DNA of 64,000 bases from Alphaproteobacteria bacterium (GTDB lineage: Bacteria; Pseudomonadota; Alphaproteobacteria; UBA828). Where the stretch lies: the NCBI GenBank assembly GCA_965220745.1, contig CBDCQT010000007.1, positions 32,001 to 96,000 on the forward strand. The letters are read 5' to 3'. Below the pieces are notes generated by a model that saw only the letters and a list, made by a program, of their open reading frames with translations, made no database searches and was not told the origin of the DNA. The first letter of the stretch is position 1; every line of letters starts with the position of its first letter. The position numbers and the translations under genes were made by a program. Positions 38,251-47,906 of this stretch are shown in pieces.

Positions 38251-39495
38251 ATGCAACAGCAAAGATCCGGCCCGCTCGCGGGCCTCAAGGTGCTCGACCT
38301 CAGCCGCATCCTCGCGGGCCCCTGGGCGGGCCAATTGCTGGCTGACTTCGGCGCCGACGTGGTCAAGGTCGAGCGGCCTCTCGTCGGCGACGACACGCGC
38401 GCCTGGGGGCCGCCCTTCCTGCGCGACGCGTCCGGGGCCGAGACCACCAACAACGCCGCCTACTACATGTCGGCCAACCGGGGGAAGCGCTCGATCACCC
38501 TCGACTTCGCCGCGCCCGAGGGGCAGGCGGTGGTGAGGCGGCTTGTCGAGTGCGCGGATGTCCTGATCGAGAACTACAAGGTCGGCGGGCTCGCCAAATT
38601 CGGCCTCGACTATGCCGCGCTCAGCGAAGTCAATCCACGCCTGATCTACTGCTCGATCACCGGCTTCGGCCAGTCGGGGCCCTACGCGCACCGCACCGGC
38701 TACGACCTGATCGCCCAGGCCATGGGCGGCATCATGAGCATCACCGGCGAGCGCGACGACCTGCCCGGCGGCGGGCCGCAGAAGGTGGGCGTCGCCGCCG
38801 CCGACCTGATGACCGGCATGTACGCGGCGACCGCGATCCTCGCCGCGCTCGCGAGCCGCGAGCACAGCGGGCGTGGCCAGCACATCGACCTCGCCCTGCT
38901 CGACACCCAGGTGGCCTGGCTCGCCAACCAGGCCATGAACTACCTGATCGGGGGCGAGGCACCGGCCCGCGCCGGCAACGAGCATCAGAACATGGTGCCT
39001 TACGGCGTCTTCGAGACCCGCGACGGGCATTTCGCGCTCGCCATCGGCAACAACAGCCAGCTTCGCAAGTTCTGCGACGTGGCCGGCCACCCGGAACTTC
39101 CCGACGACCCGCGCTTCGCGACCAATGTCGATCGGCTGCGCAACCGCGTGGAGCTGATCGCCACGTTGAACGGCATCACCCGGCAGCGGACGCTCGACGA
39201 GTGGAGCGCCCTGCTGGAGCCGGTGGGCGTGCCCTGCGGGCCGATCAACAGCATCGACCGGGTCTTCGCCGACCCGCACGTTCAGGCGCGGGGCATGAGG
39301 GTGAGCGTGCCCCACAGCCTCGGCGTCGAGGTGGAGTACCCGGCCAACCCGATCAAATTCTCGGAGACGCCGGTGGATTATCCGCGCGCGGCTCCGATGC
39401 TGGGCGAGGACTGCGACACGGTCCTGCGCGACTGGCTCGACCTCGACGACGCGGCAGTCGCGGCGCTACGCGAGAGCGGCACCGGCCTCGACTGA
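38251..39495 (+). CDS. CaiB/BaiF (family III) CoA-transferase
   Basis: VLDLSRILAGPWAGQLLADFGADVVKVERP, NRGKRS, ENYKVGGL, SITGFGQSGPY. Confidence 0.93.
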   Translation: MQQQRSGPLAGLKVLDLSRILAGPWAGQLLADFGADVVKVERPLVGDDTRAWGPPFLRDASGAETTNNAAYYMSANRGKRSITLDFAAPEGQAVVRRLVECADVLIENYKVGGLAKFGLDYAALSEVNPRLIYCSITGFGQSGPYAHRTGYDLIAQAMGGIMSITGERDDLPGGGPQKVGVAAADLMTGMYAATAILAALASREHSGRGQHIDLALLDTQVAWLANQAMNYLIGGEAPARAGNEHQNMVPYGVFETRDGHFALAIGNNSQLRKFCDVAGHPELPDDPRFATNVDRLRNRVELIATLNGITRQRTLDEWSALLEPVGVPCGPINSIDRVFADPHVQARGMRVSVPHSLGVEVEYPANPIKFSETPVDYPRAAPMLGEDCDTVLRDWLDLDDAAVAALRESGTGLD

Positions 39496-39504
39496 GGTGC
39501 GCGC

Positions 39505-40161
39505 TCAGCCTGCGCCCAGCACGTCGCGCAGGAAGCGCCCGCCGAACTCCAGCCCGTCCGGCGCGATGCCGTGGCCGATCCCGCGGCTCACGTGCCATTG
39601 CACCGGCACCTCGCAGGCGCCGAGCATGGTCGCCGCCTCAAAGAGCGCGCCCACCGGCACGAGATCGTCCGCGTCGCCGTGAATCAGCAAGGCCGGCGGC
39701 CTGGCACGCAGCTCGCCCTTCAGGTGCTCGCCGCCCACCAGCCGCCCCGAGAAGCCGAGCACGCCAGCACAGGGCGCGGCCCGGCGGTAAGCGACGTGGA
39801 GCGACATCATCGTGCCCTGGCTGAAGCCCACCAGCGCGAGGTCCTGCTCGCCGAGCCCGAGCGCCGCGAGCCTGGCGTCGATATCGGCGTTGAGCGCGTC
39901 CGCCGCGCTGGCGACGCCCTCGGCCACGCGCTCGGACGAGCGGTCGCTAAGGCTGAACCACTGCCGCCCCATGGGCGCCATGTCGCAGGGCTCGGGCGCG
40001 TCCGGCGCGGCGAAACAGGCGTGCGGCACGAGCCGCCCCCAGGGCTCGGCAAGGCCGATCAGGTCGTTGCCGTCGGCGCCGAGGCCGTGCAGCAGGAGCA
40101 CCAGCTTGCGCGGCTGGCCACCGCCCGCCGGCGGCCGTTCCGGTCCCTTCAAGGCGCTCAC
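39505..40161 (-). CDS. Phospholipase/carboxylesterase (alpha/beta hydrolase)
   Basis: LLHGLGADGNDLI, VGFSQG nucleophile, IHGDADDLVP, GHGI. Confidence 0.9.
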   Translation of the reverse strand: MSALKGPERPPAGGGQPRKLVLLLHGLGADGNDLIGLAEPWGRLVPHACFAAPDAPEPCDMAPMGRQWFSLSDRSSERVAEGVASAADALNADIDARLAALGLGEQDLALVGFSQGTMMSLHVAYRRAAPCAGVLGFSGRLVGGEHLKGELRARPPALLIHGDADDLVPVGALFEAATMLGACEVPVQWHVSRGIGHGIAPDGLEFGGRFLRDVLGAG

Positions 40162-40248
40162 GCTCTCTCCCCGTTGCCCGTCGTAGAAGGCGCGCTTAGG
40201 GGCCTGTCCAGAGGGGGCTCGGGTGAGGAGGGGCGGCCTCGTAACCCG

Positions 40249-41739
40249 CTACTTATCGATGTCGCCCATGCACATGTACTTGACCTCGAGGAACTCATCG
40301 AGGCCGTAGTGCGAGCCTTCGCGGCCGATGCCGGATTCCTTCATGCCCCCGAAGGGCGCCACCTCGGTCGAGATGATCCCTGTGTTGATGCCGACGATGC
40401 CGTATTCGAGTTGCTCCGCCACCCGCCAAATGCGCCCGATGTCGCGGCTGTAGAAGTAGGCCGCGAGGCCGAACTCGGTGTCGTTGGCGAGCTGCACCGC
40501 CTCGTCGTCGGTCTCGAAGCGGAAGATCGGCGCCAGCGGGCCGAAGGTCTCCTCGCGCGCGACCTTCATCTGGGTGTTCACGTTGGCGATCACGGTGGGC
40601 TCGAAGAAATTGCCGCCGAGCGGGTGGCGCTTGCCGCCCTGGATCACCTCCGCCCCCTTGTCCACCGCGTCCTGGATGTGCTCCTCGACCTTGGCGACCG
40701 CGTCCTCGTCGATCAGCGGCCCCTGCTGGGTCTCGCCTTCGAGGCCGGGGCCGACGACGAGCTGGGAAGACGCTTCGGCCAGCCGCTCGGCGAAGGTGTC
40801 GTAAACCCCGCCCTGCACCAAGAAGCGGTTGGCGCAGACGCAGGTTTGGCCCGTGTTGCGGTACTTGGACGCGATGGCGCCGCTGACGGCCGAATCCATG
40901 TCGGCATCGTCGAAGACGATGAAGGGCGCGTTGCCGCCAAGCTCCATGGAGACCTTCTTGACCGTGCTCGCACACTGCTCGAGTAGGACCTTGCCCACCT
41001 CGGTCGAGCCGGTGAAGGAGAGCTTGCGCACGATGGGGTTGGCGGTCAACTCGCCGCCGACATCGCCCGAGGGGCCGGTGATCACGTTGAACACGCCGCG
41101 CGGGATGCCGGCGCGCTCAGCCAGCTCGCAGAGCGCCAGCGCGGAGAACGGCGTCGCCGTCGCCGGCCGCGAGACCACGGTGCAGCCGGCCGCGAGCGCG
41201 GGCCCGGCCTTGCGGGTAATCATGGCGTTCGGGAAGTTCCACGGCGTAATCATGCCGACCACGCCAACCGGCTCCTTCGTGACCACGATCCGCCGGTCGT
41301 TGAGATGCTGTGGGATGACATCGCCGTAGGCGCGCTTGCCCTCCTCAGCGAACCACTCGATGAAGGAGCCGCCGTAGCCGATCTCGCCCCGCGATTCCGC
41401 CATGGGCTTGCCCTGCTCGGCGGTCATGATGATGGCGAGGTCCTCCTGGTTCGCCATCATCAGGTCGTACCACTTGCGCAGAATTTGGGCGCGCTCCTTC
41501 GCGGTCTTCGCGCGCCAGGCGGGGAAGGCCCGGTTCGCGGCCTCGATGGCGGCCCGGGTCTCGGCGGCGGAGAACGCCGGCACGGTGCCGATCACCCGGC
41601 CGTCCGCCGGGTTCACCACGTCGGTGGTCCGCCCCGACTTCGCGTCGAGCCATTGGCCGTCCACGTAGCATTGCTGGCGAAACAGCGTCGGGTCCTGGAG
41701 GAAGACGCCCTTCACGATCTCGGCGGCGGCAGTGCTCAT
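40249..41739 (-). CDS. gabD: NAD(P)-dependent succinate-semialdehyde dehydrogenase
   Basis: ITPWNFPNAMITRK, SFTGSTEVG, MELGGNAPFIVF, RNTGQTCVCANR, EETFGP. Confidence 0.93.
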   Translation of the reverse strand: MSTAAAEIVKGVFLQDPTLFRQQCYVDGQWLDAKSGRTTDVVNPADGRVIGTVPAFSAAETRAAIEAANRAFPAWRAKTAKERAQILRKWYDLMMANQEDLAIIMTAEQGKPMAESRGEIGYGGSFIEWFAEEGKRAYGDVIPQHLNDRRIVVTKEPVGVVGMITPWNFPNAMITRKAGPALAAGCTVVSRPATATPFSALALCELAERAGIPRGVFNVITGPSGDVGGELTANPIVRKLSFTGSTEVGKVLLEQCASTVKKVSMELGGNAPFIVFDDADMDSAVSGAIASKYRNTGQTCVCANRFLVQGGVYDTFAERLAEASSQLVVGPGLEGETQQGPLIDEDAVAKVEEHIQDAVDKGAEVIQGGKRHPLGGNFFEPTVIANVNTQMKVAREETFGPLAPIFRFETDDEAVQLANDTEFGLAAYFYSRDIGRIWRVAEQLEYGIVGINTGIISTEVAPFGGMKESGIGREGSHYGLDEFLEVKYMCMGDIDK

Positions 41740-42059
41740 GGCGCGGTGTCCCTTCGGTCGGCGGATTGGTCACGGAATTGCAGAGGAAGGCCGGCAGTAT
41801 CGCCGATGCGGCGCCGGGCCGGCAAGGCACGCCCCGGTGCTTGCCCCGCTCGAACGCGCGCGTGTGGGATGGCAAACAAAAATTTGTTGCGGCATTTGCC
41901 GGGATTAAACGGGATAAGTGCGATGTCAGGCATGTGCGTCTCGCAAGCCCGAAAGGCCTAGCCCGCCGCAACAAGGCCGCACACGTGAAATCAAGGGTCC
42001 CCCGCGCGACACCGGGTCTTGCTGCCCTGCGCCACGCTCTGCTCTCCTCAAACCATAAG

Positions 42060-42165
42060 CCGCTCACGCACCTCATGGCGCAACGATGGTGCCCCTGCCG
42101 CTCGCCGTGCACCGCACCATGGTGCGGGCAAGCGATGCGCGCCCGCGATCTTTCAGGCGCGGGCG
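42060..42165. repeat. Dispersed intergenic element, copy B (70-bp element 42060-42129 plus inverted hairpin 42140-42165)
   Basis: 56/70 identity to 11061-11130; contains the perfect palindrome CCGCACCATGGTGCGG; hairpin CGCCCGCG-ATCTTTCAGG-CGCGGGCG. Confidence 0.8.
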
Positions 42166-42186
42166 ACTGCCGTGCTAGGCTAAGCC

Positions 42187-42906
42187 ATGCGCGACCGGGG
42201 AGGGGCGCGGGGCAGGGGTCCCGATCGCCGGACTGTCTGTGCGGCCGGAGCGGCGGCCCTTCTTGGCCTTGCGGTCTCACCAGGCACAGCCGGGGCCCGG
42301 ACCTTTCAAGAGGACACGGAACGCCGCGTGCCCATCCGCAATCTGTGGACCGGGGAGCGGCGCGATCTGGTCTACTGGCGCGACGGCAGCTACGACCGTC
42401 ACGCGCTCGACGCGTACAGCTACCTGTTCCGCGACCGGCGCAACGGCGAGGTCGAGCCGATCTTCTACGGCGTGCTCGATCAGCTCTTCTTCCTGTGGAA
42501 GGCGCTCAGCCGGCCGGCGCGGATCGACCTCGTTTCGGGCTACCGCTCGGGCAGAACGAACGCGTGGCTCCGCGCGAACTCCGCAGGCGTCGCCCGCAGC
42601 TCGTTGCATACGATCGGCATGGCGGCGGACATCAGGGTGCCCGGCCTCGCCGCCGAGGCGGTGTGGCGCGCGGCCGTGGACATGCGGCGGGGCGGCGCCG
42701 GCCTCTACCCGGCATCCGACTTCGTCCACCTCGACGTGGGCCCGGTGCGCAGCTGGGTTTATGGGGAACGGGCACGGCCCCGCGTGGCGGCCTCGGGAGA
42801 GGCACCGCTTCCACCCGAGCGCCCCCTTCGGTCGCGCCCACCGGCGTCAGGCGAGGTCGTGCTTCCGCCTGAGCGTCCCGATCATCTCCGCCGTCATGGC
42901 GGCTAG
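42187..42906 (+). CDS. YcbK/DUF882 family peptidase M15 (murein endopeptidase-like)
   Basis: NLWTGE...YWRDGSY, FRDRR, VSGYRS, GVARSSLH...AAD, YPASDFVHLDVG; signal-like N-terminus. Confidence 0.88.
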   Translation: MRDRGGARGRGPDRRTVCAAGAAALLGLAVSPGTAGARTFQEDTERRVPIRNLWTGERRDLVYWRDGSYDRHALDAYSYLFRDRRNGEVEPIFYGVLDQLFFLWKALSRPARIDLVSGYRSGRTNAWLRANSAGVARSSLHTIGMAADIRVPGLAAEAVWRAAVDMRRGGAGLYPASDFVHLDVGPVRSWVYGERARPRVAASGEAPLPPERPLRSRPPASGEVVLPPERPDHLRRHGG

Positions 42907-43803
42907 GTCGTAGCGCGGCTGCCAGTCCCACTCCTCGCGGGCGGCACTGTCGTCCATCGAATCCGGCCATGAATCCGCGATGGCCTGTTTCAGCGGGTCT
43001 ACCTCGTAGTCGATCGTGAAGCCGGGCACGTGCCGTCGAATCTCGGCGGCAAGCTCTTCGGGCGTGAAGCTCATGGCGGTCACGTTGAAGGCGTTGCGGT
43101 GGCGGAGCCGGATCGGATCGGCCGCCATCAGGTCCAGGATCGCGGCCACCGCATCGGGCATGTACATCATGTCGAGGCGGGAATCGGGGCGCAGAAAGCA
43201 GGTAAATCGGCCCTCTCGCAGCGCCTCGTAGAAGATGTGCACCGCATAGTCGGTGGTGCCGCCGCCCGGCAGCGCCACATGGGAGATCAGGCCCGGCAGC
43301 CTGAGCCCCCGCGTATCGAGCCCGAAGCGCGCGTGGTAGTAGTCGCCGAGCAGCTCGCCCGCGACCTTGGAGACGCCGTAGATGGTGTTCGGCCGCTGGA
43401 TCGTGTCCTGCGGCGTGTTCTGGAGCGGCGTGCCCGGCCCGAAGGCGCCGATGGAGCTCGGGAAGAACACCGCGCAGTCGTGCCGCCGCGCCACCTCCAG
43501 CGCGTTGGCGTAGCCGCCGAGATTGAGCGCCCAAGCCTCCTCCGGCTTCTCCTCGCCGAGCACCGAGAGGAACGCCGGCATGTGGTAGATGGTGCCGATC
43601 TCGTATTTCTCGACCACTGCCGTGATATCGCCCGGCTTGGTGCAATCAACGATCTCGAACGGCCCGCCGTCGACGACCGACGCTACGTCCCGCCGCCGCC
43701 AGCCGGAGGCGATGACGTTCTTGGCCCCGTGGCGCTCCCTGAGCTCCGGCACCAGCTCCGCGCCGATCTGCCCAAGCGCGCCGGTAACGAGAATCTTGCG
43801 CAT
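42847..43803 (-). CDS. NAD-dependent epimerase/dehydratase, L-threonine 3-dehydrogenase (SDR-type)-like
   Basis: LVTGALGQIG, PSSIGAFG, YGVSKVAGE, PGGGTTDYAV, MMYMPD, QAIADSWP. Confidence 0.88.
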   Translation of the reverse strand: MRKILVTGALGQIGAELVPELRERHGAKNVIASGWRRRDVASVVDGGPFEIVDCTKPGDITAVVEKYEIGTIYHMPAFLSVLGEEKPEEAWALNLGGYANALEVARRHDCAVFFPSSIGAFGPGTPLQNTPQDTIQRPNTIYGVSKVAGELLGDYYHARFGLDTRGLRLPGLISHVALPGGGTTDYAVHIFYEALREGRFTCFLRPDSRLDMMYMPDAVAAILDLMAADPIRLRHRNAFNVTAMSFTPEELAAEIRRHVPGFTIDYEVDPLKQAIADSWPDSMDDSAAREEWDWQPRYDLAAMTAEMIGTLRRKHDLA

Positions 43804-43852
43804 GGGCTGAGGCTAAGGGGTCGCGGACAGCCGGTCCAGCCCGCCGCTGTGA

Positions 43853-44854
43853 TCAGTAGAAGCGGTCGAAGAAGATGCGCTCGGGCTTCACCTTGCCGCA
43901 GCGCATGACCGGCCGGAGCAGCGCGTCGATCAGCCCCGGCGGCCCGGCCATGTAGAAGTCGCAGTCGTCGAGGTCTTCCAGCGCCGCCAGCGCGACATCG
44001 CCGACGAGGCCGGTAACCGTACCTGGCGCACCACCATCGCGGACAGCCAGCGTGAGCGAGAAGCGATCGTGCGCAGCTTCGAGCGCCTGCATCTCGTCCA
44101 CCATGAAGAGCTCCTCGGCCGTGTTCGCGCCGAAGAAGAGCCGGACGCCGGGGGTTTCGGGCCGGGCAAGCGCCCCCTCGATCACCGAGAGTATCGGGGC
44201 AAGCCCGGAGCCGCCGGCGACGCAGACGATCTCCCGCTCCAGTGGGATACGCAGGTAGGCCCGGCCGTAGGGCCCCTCCAGGCTCACCGTGTCGCCTTGG
44301 GCGAGTTCGTCGAAAAGATAGCGGGAGGCATGGCCGCCCGGCTTCTCCTTGACGATGAAGACCAGCGTCTCCGCTTCCGTGTTCGCCATCGAGTAGGCGC
44401 GGCGCTGGCCGCCCGGTACCTGCAGCAGCACGTACTGCCCGGGCAGGAAAGGCACCGGCTGCGCTGGCCGGCAGCTGAACGCAATCACGCCCGGCACCAA
44501 CCGCTCCAGCGTCTCCACCGTCGCCGTGAACGGCGCCGGCGCCGGCTCCTCCCGCGCGCCCTCCACTGGGCCGAGGCGCACCTGCACCGTGCAGTCGCCC
44601 GTGGGCAGCGCCTGGCAGCAGAGGATGCGGTCGCCCTTGCGCCGGTCGCGCTCGCTCAGCCCGGTTGCGTCCGCCCAGATGTGCTCCACCGCGCCCTCCA
44701 GGAGCCGCCCCTTGCACGAGCTGCAGCTCCCGCTCGCGCACTCGTAGGGCATGGCGAAGCCCGCCGCGAGCCCTGCCCGCAGGATGGTCTCGCCGGGGTC
44801 GCAGGAGAAGCTGTCGCCGGATGGCTCCAGCCTGATCGTCACGGGCTCGGTCAT
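43853..44854 (-). CDS. 2Fe-2S/FAD NAD(P)H oxidoreductase (monooxygenase reductase type)
   Basis: YECASGSCSSCK...ILCCQ plant-type 2Fe-2S; RRAYSMAN FAD motif; VAGGSGLAP; YMAGPP; C-terminal FDRFY. Confidence 0.9.
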   Translation of the reverse strand: MTEPVTIRLEPSGDSFSCDPGETILRAGLAAGFAMPYECASGSCSSCKGRLLEGAVEHIWADATGLSERDRRKGDRILCCQALPTGDCTVQVRLGPVEGAREEPAPAPFTATVETLERLVPGVIAFSCRPAQPVPFLPGQYVLLQVPGGQRRAYSMANTEAETLVFIVKEKPGGHASRYLFDELAQGDTVSLEGPYGRAYLRIPLEREIVCVAGGSGLAPILSVIEGALARPETPGVRLFFGANTAEELFMVDEMQALEAAHDRFSLTLAVRDGGAPGTVTGLVGDVALAALEDLDDCDFYMAGPPGLIDALLRPVMRCGKVKPERIFFDRFY

Positions 44855-44857
44855 GGT

Positions 44858-45772
44858 TCAGCCCGTTGTCGGAGCGTCGAGCGCCTGTGCCGGCAGGTGC
44901 GCCCGATACCAGGAGAGCGTCGCCGCCATGACCTCGCCGAAGGCGGGCTCGGTATAGACGTCGTAATGCCCATAGCCCTTGAGCACGACGAGCTTCTTGG
45001 GCTCGCCGGCGTGGCGGTAGAGGGAGCGCGATTCCTCCGGCGGCACCAGGCGGTCGTCCTCGGTGGTGATGAGGAGGAGGGGCCGCGGGGCGATCTTGTC
45101 CACAACCCAGTCGGCGTGGAAGGAGAGCGTCTCGTCGATGAAGGAGGCCGGCACGGTGGAGACCGCATCGGGATTGTTCGCCCGCTGCGCAGCCGAGAGC
45201 GCGGCGGATGCGCGATCCTGCATCAAAATCTCGTCGCGCTCGGCGAGCGCGGACTCGCCACTCACCACCGCCTGCTCCCGATCCTCGCGCGCTCGCGCGA
45301 GCAGGTCGTGCCATTCGTCCGGCCGGCGCACGCTCCGCATCCAGCGCCGCCCGTCGCCGACTCCCACCACGCTCACCACGCAGCGCACCCGCTCGTCCAG
45401 CGCTGCCGCCCAGACCACGGTGGCGCCGCCATAGCTCGTGCCGTAAAGGCCGAGGTGCGTCGGATCCACGCCGGGCCGGGTTCCGAGGAAGGTGAGCGCA
45501 GCCTGCACGTCGGCGACGCGGCTGAACGGCGCGAGCCGGGTGCGCGGCCCTTCGCTCGCGCCCCAGCCCTTGTAGTCGAAGGTGAGCACCACGTAGCCCG
45601 CCTCAGTCAGCACCCGCGCGTTGTCGGGCAGGTAGAGGCTCTTCACGCCGGTGTAGCCGTGGCAAAGCACGATACCCGCGCGCAACTCGACCGTGTCCGC
45701 ACCCTTGGGCCGATAGAGATCGCCCTCGAGCCGGACGCCCTCGCTGTAGAAGCTCACGTTTTCGCAGGTCAT
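44858..45772 (-). CDS. Alpha/beta hydrolase
   Basis: LCHGYTGVK, FDYKGWGASEG, GTSYGG nucleophile, DRLVP, GHYDVY. Confidence 0.9.
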   Translation of the reverse strand: MTCENVSFYSEGVRLEGDLYRPKGADTVELRAGIVLCHGYTGVKSLYLPDNARVLTEAGYVVLTFDYKGWGASEGPRTRLAPFSRVADVQAALTFLGTRPGVDPTHLGLYGTSYGGATVVWAAALDERVRCVVSVVGVGDGRRWMRSVRRPDEWHDLLARAREDREQAVVSGESALAERDEILMQDRASAALSAAQRANNPDAVSTVPASFIDETLSFHADWVVDKIAPRPLLLITTEDDRLVPPEESRSLYRHAGEPKKLVVLKGYGHYDVYTEPAFGEVMAATLSWYRAHLPAQALDAPTTG

Positions 45773-45906
45773 GGTGGGTGCCTGATGTCACGCCATCGCG
45801 CCGATGTCCACGAAAACCTGTCGATACAGAAGGTGTTATCGTTGCCGGCCGTGCCGCGGGCGGCGCGGCGTGTCGGCTCGCGGCCGCAGTCGTCACGGGG
45901 AGCGCG

Positions 45907-47901
45907 ATGACGCAACCGGAACACTTCCCCCACCTGTTCAGGCCGGCGCGCCTCCGGGGGCACACGCTCAAGTGCCGCATCGTCTTCGGCGCGCACACCG
46001 CGAACATGGCGGAGGGCGGGCTGCCGGCCGAGCGTCACTTCGGCTACTACCGGGAGCGTGCGCGTGGCGGCGCCGGCATGATCGTGGTCGAGCCGACCCC
46101 GCCGCATCCAACGGCAATCCTCACGCGCGGCAATTTCTTGGCCGACGACGCGGTGATCCCCCACTTCCGCAGGATCACCGACGAGTGCCACAGCCACGGC
46201 ACCGTCATGTGCCACCAGATCTATCACGTCGGCGCCCACGGCGATCAGGACAACTCCTGGTCGCCCTACTGGTCCCCCTCCGGCCAGGTCAGCCACCACG
46301 ACCCCTGGGGCAGCCACGCCATGAGCGAGGCGGAGATCCGCGAGCTGATCCAGGCCTTCATCGACCAGGCGGTGCGCGACCAGAAGGGCGGCTTCGACGG
46401 GGTCGACCTCTTCGCGGGCTACTCCTGCCTGATCGACCAGTTCTGGTCGCCGCTCACCAACCGGCGCGACGATGCCTGGGGCGGCAGCCTGGAGAACCGG
46501 CTGCGTTTCGTGACCGAGATCGCGGGCGGCATCCGCAAGGCCTGCGGGCCGGATTTCATCGTCGGCATGACCGTCTCGGGCGCCGAGCCCTACCCCGGTG
46601 GCCTCACCATGGCCGACAAGCAGGAGATCTTCGCCTGGCTCGACGAGCGCGGCCTTGCGGACTACTTCTCCTGCGGCACCGGCAGCTACATCAACAGGTT
46701 CACGGCCATCGTGCCGGGCTTCCACTACGCGGCGCCGCTCGGCACGGAGGACGCCGCCGCCATCAAGCAGGTGGTGAAGCACGCGCTGGTCACCGCCGAA
46801 GCGCGCATCAAGACGCCCGCACGCGCCGAGGCCGCCATCGCGAGCGGCTGCTGCGATCTGGTCTCCATCGTGCGCGGGCAGATCGCCGACCCACACCTCG
46901 CCAACAAGGCGCGCGAGGGTCGCGCGGACGACATCCGGCCCTGCATCTCCTGCAACCAGCTCTGCCTCGGGCGGCGCATGCGGGACTACCACATCTCGTG
47001 CCTGGTCAATCCCTCCGCCGGCCGCGAGTTCGCGTGGGATGGCGACAGCGCCCCGCCCGCCGAGACGCCTCGCCACGTGCTGGTGGTGGGCGGCGGCTCG
47101 GCCGGGCTGGAGACCGCCCGTGTCGCGGCTGAGCGTGGGCACCGCGTCACGCTGGTGGAAAAGGCGGCGATGCTCGGCGGGCAGTTCCGCCTCGCCGCCG
47201 CGCAGCCAGAGCGGGAGGAGATCGACGAGCTGCTGGGCTGGTACGGGACTCAGCTTGAGAAGCTGCAGGTCCGGGTCGTGCTGGGTACGGAGATGACCGC
47301 CGACGCCATTCGAGGCTTCGGCGCCGACGCGGTCGTGCTCTCCACCGGGTCGGTGCCGACACGCACGGGGTTCCAGCGGGCGCTTCCCCACGTCGATGCC
47401 CTTCCCGGCGTCGAGCAAGAGAACGTCTGCTCCGTGAATGACGTTCTGGACGGCACCGCCCGGCCCGGCGAGCGGGTGCTTCTTCTAGACGACCTCAACG
47501 GCTGGTGGCCCGCATCCGGTACCGCGCTCCACCTCGCCGAGCGGGGCCATGCCGTGACCGTCGTCACCGCCTCCGAGAAGCCTGCGGAAGCGCTCGACAA
47601 CTCGCATCTCGGCTCGAGCACGCGCGAGCGCTTCGCCAAGCTGGGCGTCACGGTCGTCTGCGCCGGCGCGCTGACACGCTGGGCCGGCAGCACAGCCATC
47701 ATCGTGAGCCTTCACACCGGCGAGGAACGGCAGGTGGAAGCCGACAGCCTCGTTCTGGCGACCACCAACACGGTCGACGACGGGCTCGCCCGCGCGCTCG
47801 CCGACGACGAGATCGAGGTCCACACCGCGGGCGACATGGTCGCGGCGCGCACCGCGAGCATGGCCTTCTACGAGGGCCGCATGCTCGGCATGAGGCTGTA
47901 G
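45907..47901 (+). CDS. NADH:flavin oxidoreductase, OYE family with Fe-S/FAD C-terminal domains (DgcA/TMADH-like)
   Basis: YYRERARGGAGMIV, QFWSPLTNRRDDAWGGSLENR, IRPCISCNQLC, VVGGGSAGLE. Confidence 0.9.
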   Translation: MTQPEHFPHLFRPARLRGHTLKCRIVFGAHTANMAEGGLPAERHFGYYRERARGGAGMIVVEPTPPHPTAILTRGNFLADDAVIPHFRRITDECHSHGTVMCHQIYHVGAHGDQDNSWSPYWSPSGQVSHHDPWGSHAMSEAEIRELIQAFIDQAVRDQKGGFDGVDLFAGYSCLIDQFWSPLTNRRDDAWGGSLENRLRFVTEIAGGIRKACGPDFIVGMTVSGAEPYPGGLTMADKQEIFAWLDERGLADYFSCGTGSYINRFTAIVPGFHYAAPLGTEDAAAIKQVVKHALVTAEARIKTPARAEAAIASGCCDLVSIVRGQIADPHLANKAREGRADDIRPCISCNQLCLGRRMRDYHISCLVNPSAGREFAWDGDSAPPAETPRHVLVVGGGSAGLETARVAAERGHRVTLVEKAAMLGGQFRLAAAQPEREEIDELLGWYGTQLEKLQVRVVLGTEMTADAIRGFGADAVVLSTGSVPTRTGFQRALPHVDALPGVEQENVCSVNDVLDGTARPGERVLLLDDLNGWWPASGTALHLAERGHAVTVVTASEKPAEALDNSHLGSSTRERFAKLGVTVVCAGALTRWAGSTAIIVSLHTGEERQVEADSLVLATTNTVDDGLARALADDEIEVHTAGDMVAARTASMAFYEGRMLGMRL

Positions 47902-47906
47902 CGCAC

